Shown here in pieces: positions 8,776 through 18,883 of a stretch of DNA of 64,000 nucleotides. Source of the stretch: a virus (Duplodnaviria; Caudoviricetes); IMG/VR virus record IMGVR_UViG_3300021387_000688, one strand, 5' to 3'. The notes under the pieces are model-generated. The model was not told where the DNA came from. It ran no database searches and saw nothing but the letters and a program-made list of their open reading frames with translations. The stretch's first letter is position 1. Each line of letters starts with the position of its first letter. A program made the translations under genes and the position numbers.

Positions 8776-9359
8776 TTTTCCTCCGAAAGATTCATTTCAA
8801 AATTTTCTTTTTTCATAAACTGGGCATTTTTATAATTTGTAATTACTTGTTTAATTGCATCTAATATTTTTGGTAAATTATCTTCAATGATTTTATAAGA
8901 TGCTTTTTCTACAGTAGCTTCATATAAATCCGAATCCATTATTTTTATAGGATCAAAAACAACCCAACGTCGGTTTCCATCCCAGTTTGTCCAGTTTTTA
9001 GATTCATCGTGTTGGTCACTTCTCCATTCTGCTCTCTCCCCGCTTTTGAAAAATATCTGTAAGTAAAAGCCTTCATCGGGGAGTATATAACTTTGGGTTG
9101 CAAAAAGTCTTAAATGGTATTCATCTGGTTTATCCATTTCCACAATGTAAACTGATTTAGTTTCACAGTTACCCATAAAGTCTTCGATACAACCTTTGGT
9201 ACGAAGTAATTCTGAAAGAGCGGTTTCAATCTCTTTAATAGATTCTTTATCAAAACCCCTTCTTTTTATTACAAGTTTCTTAAAAACTTTACATACCAAG
9301 CTTACTAAAATCATTATTACAAGTGCGCATAAAAGGCTTATAATAGTTTCTTTCATCAT
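8772..9359 (-). CDS. hypothetical membrane-anchored protein
   Basis: N-terminal hydrophobic helix. Confidence 0.7.
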   Translation of the reverse strand: MMKETIISLLCALVIMILVSLVCKVFKKLVIKRRGFDKESIKEIETALSELLRTKGCIEDFMGNCETKSVYIVEMDKPDEYHLRLFATQSYILPDEGFYLQIFFKSGERAEWRSDQHDESKNWTNWDGNRRWVVFDPIKIMDSDLYEATVEKASYKIIEDNLPKILDAIKQVITNYKNAQFMKKENFEMNLSEEK

Positions 9360-9739
9360 TTCTTTACCCCGTCTGCAAATTCATAATGGATTGCATTTCC
9401 TAAAGGTTTAGGAGGATCAAACATATCCTGTACTTCCCAGCGAATTTCTTGAATAGCACTGAAAGGTACAAAACCATCTCTTGCTTTATAGACATCTATA
9501 TAAGCATTTCTTGCAGCATATACCATTTCTTTATTACCTTTGAAAGCTTCTTCAAAATAAGGAGCCACATTGTAATGGTAATGCTGAATCATATTAGCTT
9601 TAAACAATTCTTTTTTGTCTTTAGTTTCTACAGTATATTCCCCGCAATCTACAACTGTAGGTTTTGTTGAAAACATTTTACATGCATCGTAAATAACGCA
9701 AGCGGTTAATAAAGCAATTGGAATAATATAATAACTCAT
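9356..9739 (-). CDS. hypothetical protein with N-terminal hydrophobic segment
   Basis: operon packing. Confidence 0.65.
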   Translation of the reverse strand: MSYYIIPIALLTACVIYDACKMFSTKPTVVDCGEYTVETKDKKELFKANMIQHYHYNVAPYFEEAFKGNKEMVYAARNAYIDVYKARDGFVPFSAIQEIRWEVQDMFDPPKPLGNAIHYEFADGVKK

Positions 9740-9741
9740 TT

Positions 9742-10281
9742 TTAATCCCCCATAGGAACATCAAATTCAGGATCATAAGCATCAGCAACTACGCCGACCC
9801 CTTCAGGTAAACATTTAATACATTGTTCTCCCATAATCTTATCTGGATAAGTAGGATTACCATCTGATGGATTTCCCCAAGCCCAATCCATATAAGTTTT
9901 TCCATATCCACATTCTTCCATAATACCTCCCCAGTATCTGAAAGAACAAGTCCATTTATAAACTCCGTTGAGCGTCTCACCATCTTCTACTTCATAGTTA
10001 CCCATACCTTTTACTTCAAATACAGGTGTACCGTAATCCCCGTTTTGGTGATAATCCCCACTGAATTTAATTTTATTTTCCTGAAGCCGAATCTTTAAAG
10101 TAAATTCAGCAGCTCTCATGAACTTAGTCAATCTGTCTGCCAAATAATCTTTACCAGATGATTTCAATTCCATAATAACATCTGTGAAGTCTTTAATTTC
10201 AGGATTGCTAAAATAAGTCCAACCCTTGAAATAAATTCTACACTCATCTGCATCGTAGCAATCTTTAGTGATATAACCCAT
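9742..10281 (-). CDS. hypothetical protein
   Basis: TAATG overlap with upstream gene. Confidence 0.7.
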   Translation of the reverse strand: MGYITKDCYDADECRIYFKGWTYFSNPEIKDFTDVIMELKSSGKDYLADRLTKFMRAAEFTLKIRLQENKIKFSGDYHQNGDYGTPVFEVKGMGNYEVEDGETLNGVYKWTCSFRYWGGIMEECGYGKTYMDWAWGNPSDGNPTYPDKIMGEQCIKCLPEGVGVVADAYDPEFDVPMGD

Positions 10282-11132
10282 TACAATTTCTCCAATCTTT
10301 CATTGAAATTATCTTTGTTAAGAAAATCGAGGAATCCAACTCTTGCGGTAGCCTGGCCTAATATGAACATTGTTTTAAACATTGTTGTAATTAAATCCTC
10401 CTGAGGAATCTCAAGTACTTCATTTGCATAATATAGGGCCTGCTGGTAAGCACTTGCTTTAGAAAGTTCTACAGCTTTTTCATAGTCAATTGCAAGTCTT
10501 ATTGGATGCTCTTTATAAACTTCCGGTCTAGCTTTTTCTACAACAGAAACTGAGAAATCTGAACCCTGACCGGTAATGTAATTAAATTCAAAAGTATATT
10601 TATCAAACTTGATAAACAATCGCTGTTCTGGGAAATGACGAGAAACGTCTTCTGTAAAGTAAGCAAGGTGATGAAAGAGTTCTTCCAAATCCCCCATTGC
10701 TCCATAATAACGATCCAACAATTTATGATCGTCATCGGTATCTTTCAAATACCATTCTGGAATTTCTTTCTTCCAATTTTCTCCATATCCAAAATCATCA
10801 GTTCTGAGGAAAGTGTTTTTACCTTCATCTGCACATTGAGTAAGCCATTTAAGAATACCATAAGCATCACTTTCGGGTCCAAAACTTTTTGCTTCATAAG
10901 CTTTCTCTTTTGCTTCTAATTTCTTTGCAATCTGTTCAGCATTGTATTCATAAGCTTTCTGTTCGATTTCTTCAACACGTTCAATCTCGTCACAAAGCCA
11001 ACGTACCTTGTCAAGATCTTCTTCCCCGTTGCACATTTCATTTAATTTCTTAAGGACTTTTCCAAGGTAAAAGATGTCCTTATCGTCTTTGATTTCAGTT
11101 TCTTTGTAAATTTCTATTTTTATATCTTCCAT
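10281..11132 (-). CDS. hypothetical protein (probably leaderless mRNA)
   Basis: TATATT-N6-ATG, no Shine-Dalgarno. Confidence 0.7.
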   Translation of the reverse strand: MEDIKIEIYKETEIKDDKDIFYLGKVLKKLNEMCNGEEDLDKVRWLCDEIERVEEIEQKAYEYNAEQIAKKLEAKEKAYEAKSFGPESDAYGILKWLTQCADEGKNTFLRTDDFGYGENWKKEIPEWYLKDTDDDHKLLDRYYGAMGDLEELFHHLAYFTEDVSRHFPEQRLFIKFDKYTFEFNYITGQGSDFSVSVVEKARPEVYKEHPIRLAIDYEKAVELSKASAYQQALYYANEVLEIPQEDLITTMFKTMFILGQATARVGFLDFLNKDNFNERLEKL

Positions 11133-11160
11133 ATAAATAATATAGAAACTTGGGCAAAAG

Positions 11161-11187
11161 AAAAGTCCTCAAATAAATGAGGACTTT
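11161..11187 (-). terminator. intrinsic terminator
   Basis: AAAGTCCTCA/TGAGGACTTT stem. Confidence 0.7.
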
Positions 11188-11190
11188 AAA

Positions 11191-11703
11191 TCAAAGAGAT
11201 ATCTCTAAATCATCGTTTACATTTATTATACTTTTACAATTCGTACATCTAAACCTTCCCGGCTTAGTTAACGTAATGTGTTTTTTACATACAGGGCATT
11301 CAGTTTCCTTATCCCCTATAAGAGTTTTTGCTATTTTATTATTAAGTTTTTCAATAGCTTCTTTTTTATCTTTTCCAATCAAGAAGAATTGATTAAAACC
11401 TAACAAATAGAATATTTCTTCTATTTTAGGGTACAAACTATAGAAAGCAATCCCTCCTCCTGCTTCTCTTGCATATTTTAAAATTTCTACAAAAGTACCA
11501 ATACCGGTAGATGAAACAAAAGTTAAAGCAGAGCATTCAAATATTATCTTACAAAATCCTTTTTGTATTATACTATGCAGCACCTCTAATAAAAATTCGT
11601 GAGAGTTGTACGTGTCTATATAGCCCTGCAATTTCACGAACATTATTCCATCTGACCCCTCTTCATAATGTAGCTGAAGAGAATCTATTTCTTTAAGTTT
11701 CAT
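11191..11703 (-). CDS. STAS-domain anti-sigma factor antagonist with C-terminal Zn ribbon (spirochaete type)
   Basis: LQGYIDTYNS, FVSSTGIG phosphoserine loop, IFYLLGF; CPVC...GRFRCTNC. Confidence 0.85.
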   Translation of the reverse strand: MKLKEIDSLQLHYEEGSDGIMFVKLQGYIDTYNSHEFLLEVLHSIIQKGFCKIIFECSALTFVSSTGIGTFVEILKYAREAGGGIAFYSLYPKIEEIFYLLGFNQFFLIGKDKKEAIEKLNNKIAKTLIGDKETECPVCKKHITLTKPGRFRCTNCKSIINVNDDLEISL

Positions 11704-11769
11704 GAATTTATACTTCCTTGGGATTTTAATTAGTTAATCAAAGATGGGTTACTTTTCTATATTTTAACC

Positions 11770-12051
11770 ATGAACGAAGTTATTAATGTTTTGGATACCG
11801 GTATTCTAATTTCACCGGACCTTCCAGTTGAGAGGCCATTTAGGCAAACATGGGGTGGATATGAAAAGGATAATATATTTTATCTTTTCCATAAGCAATA
11901 TACTACAACTTATAAATTCCTCAAAAAAGTAGATCGTTATAATAAGAAGGTTAATTATCAATTAGTTATGCCAGACGGTAATGTTATCGTATTTGGGGAT
12001 GATAGCGAAGGTATTAAGGAAATGAGTAAATTCATTGAGGCAATACTTTAA
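11770..12051 (+). CDS. hypothetical protein (probably leaderless)
   Basis: TATATT-N6-ATG. Confidence 0.65.
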   Translation: MNEVINVLDTGILISPDLPVERPFRQTWGGYEKDNIFYLFHKQYTTTYKFLKKVDRYNKKVNYQLVMPDGNVIVFGDDSEGIKEMSKFIEAIL

Positions 12052-12060
12052 GGAGAACAC

Positions 12061-13170
12061 GTGGACAAATTATATAAAAAGACAATCCAATTAAAAAACA
12101 ATTGGTTAGAAAAATATCCAGACGACGCTTTGCATTTATTAGTTATTGGCGGTACCCATGGTAACGAATCTAATGCAGTAAAGATGGTTGCAGATTTTAC
12201 AAACAAGTTGACTAGCCGTGCAAATTACAGTTCAGGTTGTTGGTGGGAAAACACTAACATTTCAAAAGTAACTATAGTTAATGCATTAAACTCAATTGGG
12301 TTAAAGTATAACGAAAGAGAGTTTAACGAAGAAGAAAAAAGAGAAACAAATGATCTAAACCGTTACTTTGATTCAAAAGAACCTACTACTAAAGAAGAAA
12401 TTATGGGCGAATTAGAAAACATAATGAAAGATATAGACATTGTTGTAGACGTCCATAATAGCCCTAACATACTTCCTTGTATTTCAATTGCATTAAATAA
12501 AAATGCACCAGCTTACATTGACTGGGCAATTAAGAACAATGTGCACTTCGTATTAGCAGATGATACTCCTACTATTAAAAGACATGCAGATATGGACTTA
12601 GGTAAAATTGCATTCACTTATGAATTTTCTGGAATGGGTTATGATCAACAAAGAGATCCTAATTGGCCAGAATGGGAAGTAAATGGATTTGAAAAGTTCT
12701 TAGAGAGTATTGCAAAGACATGGGACTTTGATAAATTCTTTGAAAGGGAATGGGAGTATGACAAAGGAAACTCAAGGGTTTTCAAACATACTTTCTGGAA
12801 GCGTACAGAAAATCCTTACATAACTTATTTACCTTATCTTTATGAAAAGAAGTATTTTCCAATCCCTACCTACGGTAATGGTGTATACAGTTGGATTAGA
12901 GGTAACCCTTTAGGTCACTATAAAAAAGATGAGCAAATTGCTTTTATTAATAATCCAATTGATGGTGGAATGGAAGGAGAGATTAGAGCACCTTGCGATG
13001 GTACTTTAATAGATGTAGATGATTCTTGGTGGGCTTGTTTTGATGGAGCTGTAGGAGATTTCCAACCAGACTTAAATCCAGATGCTTATGATTATTGGAA
13101 CATTGAAGAAGTATCTAAAAGAGAAAAAGCAAAAGAAGAAGCTTCATTGCCAAGAGAGGAGGTTAATTAA
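12061..13170 (+). CDS. M14-family succinylglutamate desuccinylase/aspartoacylase-like deacylase
   Basis: GGTHGNE, DLNRYF, DVHN, C-terminal IRAPCDG barrel. Confidence 0.8.
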   Translation: MDKLYKKTIQLKNNWLEKYPDDALHLLVIGGTHGNESNAVKMVADFTNKLTSRANYSSGCWWENTNISKVTIVNALNSIGLKYNEREFNEEEKRETNDLNRYFDSKEPTTKEEIMGELENIMKDIDIVVDVHNSPNILPCISIALNKNAPAYIDWAIKNNVHFVLADDTPTIKRHADMDLGKIAFTYEFSGMGYDQQRDPNWPEWEVNGFEKFLESIAKTWDFDKFFEREWEYDKGNSRVFKHTFWKRTENPYITYLPYLYEKKYFPIPTYGNGVYSWIRGNPLGHYKKDEQIAFINNPIDGGMEGEIRAPCDGTLIDVDDSWWACFDGAVGDFQPDLNPDAYDYWNIEEVSKREKAKEEASLPREEVN

Positions 13171-14069
13171 TGAAAAATATATGCGATGATAAAACTGAAA
13201 TGACATTTGAGACTTTTTCTAATCTTGCAGATATAAGTCCTATAGGTATAGAAGATTTTAAAGCTGATACGGGTATAGCAAATATTGATACATTCAAAGC
13301 CTCCTACACTGCTTGGAAAAAAACCTATTGTGGTTGGGCTAAAAATTATTCTTCATTAAAATGGATTCCTTTCAAAGATGAATTAAAGACTGAATTTAAT
13401 TTCCCTATTTATGAATTCATCCCAGATGGTTTTTATGAATATACTGAAGAAGGTATGCCGGATATGGAAGGCCGTGAAGATTATAAGTTTGTAAGACGTT
13501 ATCGTCATAGAGATTATGCTATAACTTTTATGAAGGTTCATAATAAAGCATTAAGAGAAGAATATGCAAAAGCCAATAGACCTGTAGGTATAATAGAAAA
13601 AGATGATATTGCTACAAAAGTTGCACATTCTTTAATTTCCAAACCAAACGAATTCTTAGATCAACTTGAAGAAAATTGCAATGAACATCTTGGGGTTAAA
13701 GACCCAAACATACTTGATTGGAAAGAAGCAATGAAAGCTTTAATTGAAGGTAAGAGAATTGAAGCATGCCATGTCGATAATGAGAAAGGTACATCTACGT
13801 TATGGTTTGAAGTAGAATTTGCAATATACCCAGAAGATAAAGAATTGGGGGAAACCGTAAGGCTTGGAAGAGATTGGAAATATCGAATTTTAGACGATTC
13901 TCAAGAAAGAGAAGAACTTTTTGAAGAATGTGAAAAGTTGGGAATTATAAATGTAAGTAAAGTTTCTAAAGTTTCAACTTCGCTCTTGCACGATATTGTA
14001 GATGCCGTTAAGTCAATCAATTTGGATTGGGAAGCAATAGCAAAACAAATAAATGAGGAGACAAAGTAA
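13170..14069 (+). CDS. hypothetical protein
   Basis: GGAGG RBS, TAATG overlap. Confidence 0.7.
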   Translation: MKNICDDKTEMTFETFSNLADISPIGIEDFKADTGIANIDTFKASYTAWKKTYCGWAKNYSSLKWIPFKDELKTEFNFPIYEFIPDGFYEYTEEGMPDMEGREDYKFVRRYRHRDYAITFMKVHNKALREEYAKANRPVGIIEKDDIATKVAHSLISKPNEFLDQLEENCNEHLGVKDPNILDWKEAMKALIEGKRIEACHVDNEKGTSTLWFEVEFAIYPEDKELGETVRLGRDWKYRILDDSQEREELFEECEKLGIINVSKVSKVSTSLLHDIVDAVKSINLDWEAIAKQINEETK

Positions 14070-14545
14070 TGAGTTACGATTCAACAAAAGACACAGAAAA
14101 GCACATTGCAAAAGTAAGTAAATACATAGATAAATGTATTGACGAAATGGCCGAAAGAAGTGTACTGCACGATCATGACAAGATTGATGATGCTACAGAG
14201 AAAAAACTTTTTGATGAGTATACCCCAAAACTAGTAGATTGTACTTACGGAAGCGATGAGTATAAAGAATTTTTGAAGGGACTTAAACCTGCATTAGATC
14301 GCCATTATAAAAATAATAGACACCACCCAGAACACTTTAAGAATGGTATTAAAGGCATGAACCTAATCGATGTACTTGAATTAATTTGTGACTGGAAAGC
14401 TTCTTCAGAAAGGCATGAAGATGGAGACGTTTATAAGTCAATTGAGCTCAATCAGGATAGATTTAAGTATTCAGATGATTTGAAATCAATTTTGAAAAAC
14501 ACTGTAGATTTCTTAAACGGAAAAGGAGGTACTCAAGATGCTTAA
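14069..14545 (+). CDS. DUF5662-like His-rich protein
   Basis: HI..V, HD.DK, HY.NNRHHPEHF.NGI.GMNL.D..E..CDW. Confidence 0.7.
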   Translation: MSYDSTKDTEKHIAKVSKYIDKCIDEMAERSVLHDHDKIDDATEKKLFDEYTPKLVDCTYGSDEYKEFLKGLKPALDRHYKNNRHHPEHFKNGIKGMNLIDVLELICDWKASSERHEDGDVYKSIELNQDRFKYSDDLKSILKNTVDFLNGKGGTQDA

Positions 14546-14684
14546 GAAAATAAATGTAACTGTTGAAATTATTGTAGAAGAAGATATTGACGAGCAGGAC
14601 ATTAAAGACAATATTGACAACTTAAACTACCTTTCTGAAAAAGGTGTAAAGTATGTTGATAGTGAATTTGTAGAGTGGGACTAA
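14538..14684 (+). CDS. 48-aa hypothetical protein (below ORF-track cutoff)
   Basis: AGGAGG RBS, MLKKINVTVE..., fills the operon gap. Confidence 0.6.
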   Translation: MLKKINVTVEIIVEEDIDEQDIKDNIDNLNYLSEKGVKYVDSEFVEWD

Positions 14685-14917
14685 TGGCTGAAGAAAAGAA
14701 ATATGATTCATTTTATGAATATGTAATGGATGCGGCTAAAACAGTTTGGGAACATCAAAAAGGTGGTCCAGCCCGTTATACAATTCTTTCTCCTGAACAA
14801 ATTGAAAGATTGGAAAAAGGTGAGAGCGAATTTGAAATAGGAACGGGGACTGTTCCCTTTATTACTAAAGAACAATATTTAAGGGAGAAAAACGAATGGA
14901 CAAAGAAACCTTCATAA
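14684..14917 (+). CDS. hypothetical protein
   Basis: TAATG-coupled start MAEEK. Confidence 0.6.
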   Translation: MAEEKKYDSFYEYVMDAAKTVWEHQKGGPARYTILSPEQIERLEKGESEFEIGTGTVPFITKEQYLREKNEWTKKPS

Positions 14918-15354
14918 TTAGATTAAAGAAAATTAAAGAGTTGAATGACATCTTAGAAACTAAGCATGAATTGATGGTAGAACAGAATCCTTTTGTAGAA
15001 GACGGCGGAGGAGTAATGCCAACTTGGCTGACCAATCTTGTTTTGGAACATGTTATTACTCTTTTTGCTGCAGTAAATGAAAAAGCCTATTATCGTACAA
15101 AGTTGGATGAATGTAGAGATTCTTATCCTGGAATGACGTTAGAAGAAATTGCAAATGAAATTGGTATGAGCGTAAACAAGCTTAAAGACAATTGCGAAGA
15201 AGTTTACGTTCTTACAGATTTGGCAGAATATTTCCTTTATGAAATGGATTGGGGCGGAAGAATATCTATTGGTAAGGATGATAGTGACACTTCAAGAGAT
15301 TACGATTTTTCTGATTATGGAAGGTTGTACGATTATATAAAAGAGGAACTCTAA
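14896..15354 (+). CDS. hypothetical protein with possible HTH segment
   Basis: GMTLEEIANEIGMSVNKL. Confidence 0.6.
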   Translation: MDKETFIIRLKKIKELNDILETKHELMVEQNPFVEDGGGVMPTWLTNLVLEHVITLFAAVNEKAYYRTKLDECRDSYPGMTLEEIANEIGMSVNKLKDNCEEVYVLTDLAEYFLYEMDWGGRISIGKDDSDTSRDYDFSDYGRLYDYIKEEL

Positions 15355-15980
15355 TGGTAGAAAACGAACACTCAAGTATTGAGCCAGGATATATTTATAT
15401 TTGCTATCAAGGTGTAGGCAAATCAAGTACAGTAAATGAAAACTCAGGGTTCATTGATTTAGAGTCTAGTAATTTTAGACTGGAAGATGGCTTTAGACCA
15501 GATGATTGGTATAAGTATTATGCTCAAGTTGTATTCGATTTAGCAACTCAAGGGTATTCAGTATTTACTTCTTCTCACGATGTAGTAAGAGAAGAGTTGG
15601 CAAGACTTAGAGATACATATCATCCTGAAGTTAAGATTGCAATTATTTATCCAAACCCTGAATTAAGGGATGCATGGGTTGATAGATTGCAAGCTCGCTA
15701 TGATGCAAACCCTACAAAAAAGAATGAGGCCGCTTTAGGAAATGCAAAAGATAGACTTCCAGAAAACGTAAAAGAAATGGAAGATGATGCTTACGCATAT
15801 AGTTTTGGAATTATTAAAATAGATTCTACAAATTATAAACTGATTGATAAACTCCCATTACAAGACCCTAATGTTGCAATTTCAGTTGCAATTGATGAAA
15901 CAGATTTTAATCCAGAAAGGGATGAAATAGGGGTAACTATTCGCAAAGAGGTAAAACAAGATGGTGGAGAATGGGTATAA
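15354..15980 (+). CDS. P-loop NTPase / nucleotide-kinase-like protein
   Basis: CYQGVGKS Walker A, IDLESS. Confidence 0.65.
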   Translation: MVENEHSSIEPGYIYICYQGVGKSSTVNENSGFIDLESSNFRLEDGFRPDDWYKYYAQVVFDLATQGYSVFTSSHDVVREELARLRDTYHPEVKIAIIYPNPELRDAWVDRLQARYDANPTKKNEAALGNAKDRLPENVKEMEDDAYAYSFGIIKIDSTNYKLIDKLPLQDPNVAISVAIDETDFNPERDEIGVTIRKEVKQDGGEWV

Positions 15981-16251
15981 AGAAAAGCCTCCTACATTTA
16001 CAGAATGGTACATAGCAGAATGCGCAAAAGATAAAGAAAATATTTTACCCCCGCCTTTACCTTATGATTTAGGAATTCATTTTTTAAAGCAATATCTTCT
16101 CGGGGAAGATTGGTATGTAAATTATCCAGGCTCGGGAGAACAAATTGCAACTGATATAGTGTATGCTATATTAGATAAGTATTCAAAAAAGTTTAGAAAA
16201 GAATTTAAGAAAGCACTTAAAGAGGAGCAAAAGAAAAGAAATGGAAATTGA
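15961..16251 (+). CDS. hypothetical protein
   Basis: operon packing, GAGG RBS. Confidence 0.6.
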   Translation: MVENGYKEKPPTFTEWYIAECAKDKENILPPPLPYDLGIHFLKQYLLGEDWYVNYPGSGEQIATDIVYAILDKYSKKFRKEFKKALKEEQKKRNGN

Positions 16252-16906
16252 GATGAAAGCAAGACTCAATGATGAGCAACTTGATAAAATTCTTTGGTGT
16301 ATTGACAATGAAAGTGAATATTTAGAAAAGAGCGATGAATATTTTTCTTTCGATGGTATAGCTCCAAAGAAGCCAAAAAACATTATTCGTATTAGAAAGG
16401 AAAAAGCTGGGAACGCCAATAAATGCTTAGCTGCATTTAGAGGGGGCTGTAGTGTAGATACTGTTAAATGTATTTTAGTAGGAGCCATTTATCCTTTTGC
16501 AAGTGTTGAGGCTGACAAAGAGCAAACTTGGTTGACGGTAAAAGCAAAGAATACAGACTCCGCCGGTATCGAAACTAATGAAGAAACAGAGGGTCAATTA
16601 TTCAAAGGAGCTGAAGAAGCTTTCCGCAAGTCAATGGAAATTACTCACTTCAAAACATATTTTACAAAATTCAAAAGATCTTTCTCCTTCTATGTAAAGA
16701 ACAAGGACAAGAATAAAAACAATTTTACAATGCATGCAGAATTGGTTTCTGTAGACGGAGTGGGACCTTATCTTGAAATTGAATCGGTTGTAAAAGAAAA
16801 AGATGCTGCAGAAGCTAGTGACCAAATTAAATGGTTCTTTGAACATGAATTGGGTATTACAGAATTTGATGGTCGTAGTTGGGCTGACATCGTGGAGGAA
16901 AAATAA
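16241..16906 (+). CDS. CYTH / triphosphate-tunnel metalloenzyme
   Basis: N-terminal EIEMK, RIR, LTVK, E.E, K.K.S, VDGVGPYLEIE. Confidence 0.85.
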   Translation: MEIEMKARLNDEQLDKILWCIDNESEYLEKSDEYFSFDGIAPKKPKNIIRIRKEKAGNANKCLAAFRGGCSVDTVKCILVGAIYPFASVEADKEQTWLTVKAKNTDSAGIETNEETEGQLFKGAEEAFRKSMEITHFKTYFTKFKRSFSFYVKNKDKNKNNFTMHAELVSVDGVGPYLEIESVVKEKDAAEASDQIKWFFEHELGITEFDGRSWADIVEEK

Positions 16907-17637
16907 TGATTGAGATTTTGAAATGGACACCAAGCGACCCTTTGAACCAAATTGGGTTTTGTGCAGGAGTTTGTTGGAATGCCCCTACAGACGATGTAGA
17001 GAAAAATATTAAACGTGCAAAGAATTGCATCAAATCTAATCACGGAAGAACAGAAGAGTTTCCAGACGTTTATGTAGTATTGGATGAATACTCCGCCAGA
17101 GTGTTTAGGGAGTTTTATACTCATATTATTGGTACAACTCGTTTACAGTCTTCTACAAGATATGTAGATGCAAAAACAATGGACCCAGAAAATGATTTCT
17201 TTATACCTTCTAAATTTACTACGGCTCAAAGAAATGAATTGTTGAGGGGTTATCAGGAAATTATGAGAACCTATGCAAATTTGGAAGAGTTGGGAGCTGC
17301 AAAAGAAGATGCCGCAAACATATTACCTTTAGGAATGAACTCAAAAGTAGTTGCAAAGATTAATATGAGGGCCTTGGAACACATGGCTCATAAAAGATGT
17401 TGTAATAGAGCTTATCATGAATTTAGAAAGTTGATGGGGGAATTTATTGACACTCTTAAAAAATATTCAGATGAGTGGAAGTGGATTTGTGAAACTTTGC
17501 TAGTCCCTGAATGTAAAGCTTTAGGATATTGTCCAGAAACAAAAGGTTGCGGTATGGAGATTTCTAAGGAAGAAGCATTGAAAGCTATTAAGTATTGGAA
17601 AGAACACAAATCCAAAATTGAGGATGATGGAAAATGA
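16906..17637 (+). CDS. thyX: FAD-dependent thymidylate synthase (variant motif)
   Basis: SNHGRTEEF, RLQSSTRYV, KEDAANILP, N.RAL.H...R.C.RA..E.R. Confidence 0.85.
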   Translation: MIEILKWTPSDPLNQIGFCAGVCWNAPTDDVEKNIKRAKNCIKSNHGRTEEFPDVYVVLDEYSARVFREFYTHIIGTTRLQSSTRYVDAKTMDPENDFFIPSKFTTAQRNELLRGYQEIMRTYANLEELGAAKEDAANILPLGMNSKVVAKINMRALEHMAHKRCCNRAYHEFRKLMGEFIDTLKKYSDEWKWICETLLVPECKALGYCPETKGCGMEISKEEALKAIKYWKEHKSKIEDDGK

Positions 17638-18110
17638 CAGAGTTGAAGGAAGACCTTTTCAAACAATATGAATTTCTTAAACTTGCAGAAGAGGAATGTA
17701 TTATAGTTCATTGCATTTCTTCTGATAAGGCAATGGGTGCAGGAATTGCATTGCCAATGCAAAACAAATTCAAATTGAGAGAAAATTGGCCTTCTAAACT
17801 CCCTGAAAGATTAAAAGGCTGGGCCGGAGAGGGTTATTCAGTTTTTGTTACAGGGGAAGAAAAACAGATTGTATGCAATCTAATTACAAAGGAACATTAT
17901 TATGATAAGCCTACTTTAGAAACTTTTAAGCAGGCTTTGAATGATGCCAAATATACTTTAGATGAATTATCTCAAATAGGTTTTAATGTTCCTAATAAAA
18001 TTCTAATGCCAAAAATCGGGTGCGGGTTGGATAGATTAAACTGGAATGATGTTAAACCTCTAATAGAACTTTTCTTCAAAGGTTATGACATTACAGTTTG
18101 CTATCTATAA
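17634..18110 (+). CDS. macrodomain ADP-ribose hydrolase (TARG1/Poa1p/DarG-like)
   Basis: HCISSDKAMGAGIA, NLITK, MPKIGCGLDRLNW. Confidence 0.85.
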   Translation: MTELKEDLFKQYEFLKLAEEECIIVHCISSDKAMGAGIALPMQNKFKLRENWPSKLPERLKGWAGEGYSVFVTGEEKQIVCNLITKEHYYDKPTLETFKQALNDAKYTLDELSQIGFNVPNKILMPKIGCGLDRLNWNDVKPLIELFFKGYDITVCYL

Positions 18111-18125
18111 TAGAGGAGATTTTTA

Positions 18126-18283
18126 TGAACGGGAATAGTCAAATTAACTTAGACGAGTTTTGTGAGATTAGTAAACTGACTCCAAGTGAGAAAGAAAAGT
18201 TTACAAAATATCTAAAAGGAAAAACAGAGAGTCGTCCAATCAATGCTTGGCTATTAGTATTTAACAAATTCTTTGATAGGTAA
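18126..18283 (+). CDS. small hypothetical protein
   Basis: GAGGAG RBS before MNGNS; start approximate. Confidence 0.5.
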
Positions 18284-18286
18284 AAG

Positions 18287-18316
18287 AAAAGGAGCTTCTT
18301 TTGAAGCTCCTTTTTT
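18287..18316. terminator. bidirectional intrinsic terminator
   Basis: GGAGCTTC-tttt-GAAGCTCC between convergent operons. Confidence 0.85.
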
Positions 18317-18322
18317 ATTTGG

Positions 18323-18883
18323 TTATTTGTCTTCTATGTTAAAGATTGAAGAATAATCATCTCGATACTTTTTTTGTTTATAAACCCAGTTCTCGCCTAC
18401 ACCGATAAAATCTTCTCCAACCCGCCTAGATTCATTATCCTCGTACCAAGAACAATCATGGAATTCTTCAATAACGCTAAGGTTGTTACCCCAACGGCAA
18501 TCTACTTTGAGTTTCAAATCCGGGTTTGCATAAGATTTAATCTTATCATCTGCAAAGAGTTTGAAAATAGTTTTGACATCTTTTCCAGTGATTAAAACAT
18601 CTGTATATTTGTCTTCATATTTTCCTTCGCCCAAAAAAGTTCTATTGCAATATTTCCATTCCCAATCATCACTTAATGTTTCAGCCCACTCGGAAATTAC
18701 ATCCCACTGCCATCTACTCAAAGTGATATTGAATCTGTATTTATCCATAGTGAATCTAAGTTCAGTATCATGGCGTTTTCTTTTTTCTTCTTTTTCTGCA
18801 GCCTGATATTCTTTCCAAAGCCCTTTAGTTTTAATCCAGGCTTCCATAAAGTCACTTTTCTCGTAATAACCCCAAGACATCAC
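18323..18883 (-). CDS. hypothetical protein
   Basis: AGGAG RBS, operon packing. Confidence 0.7.
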   Translation of the reverse strand: MMSWGYYEKSDFMEAWIKTKGLWKEYQAAEKEEKRKRHDTELRFTMDKYRFNITLSRWQWDVISEWAETLSDDWEWKYCNRTFLGEGKYEDKYTDVLITGKDVKTIFKLFADDKIKSYANPDLKLKVDCRWGNNLSVIEEFHDCSWYEDNESRRVGEDFIGVGENWVYKQKKYRDDYSSIFNIEDK

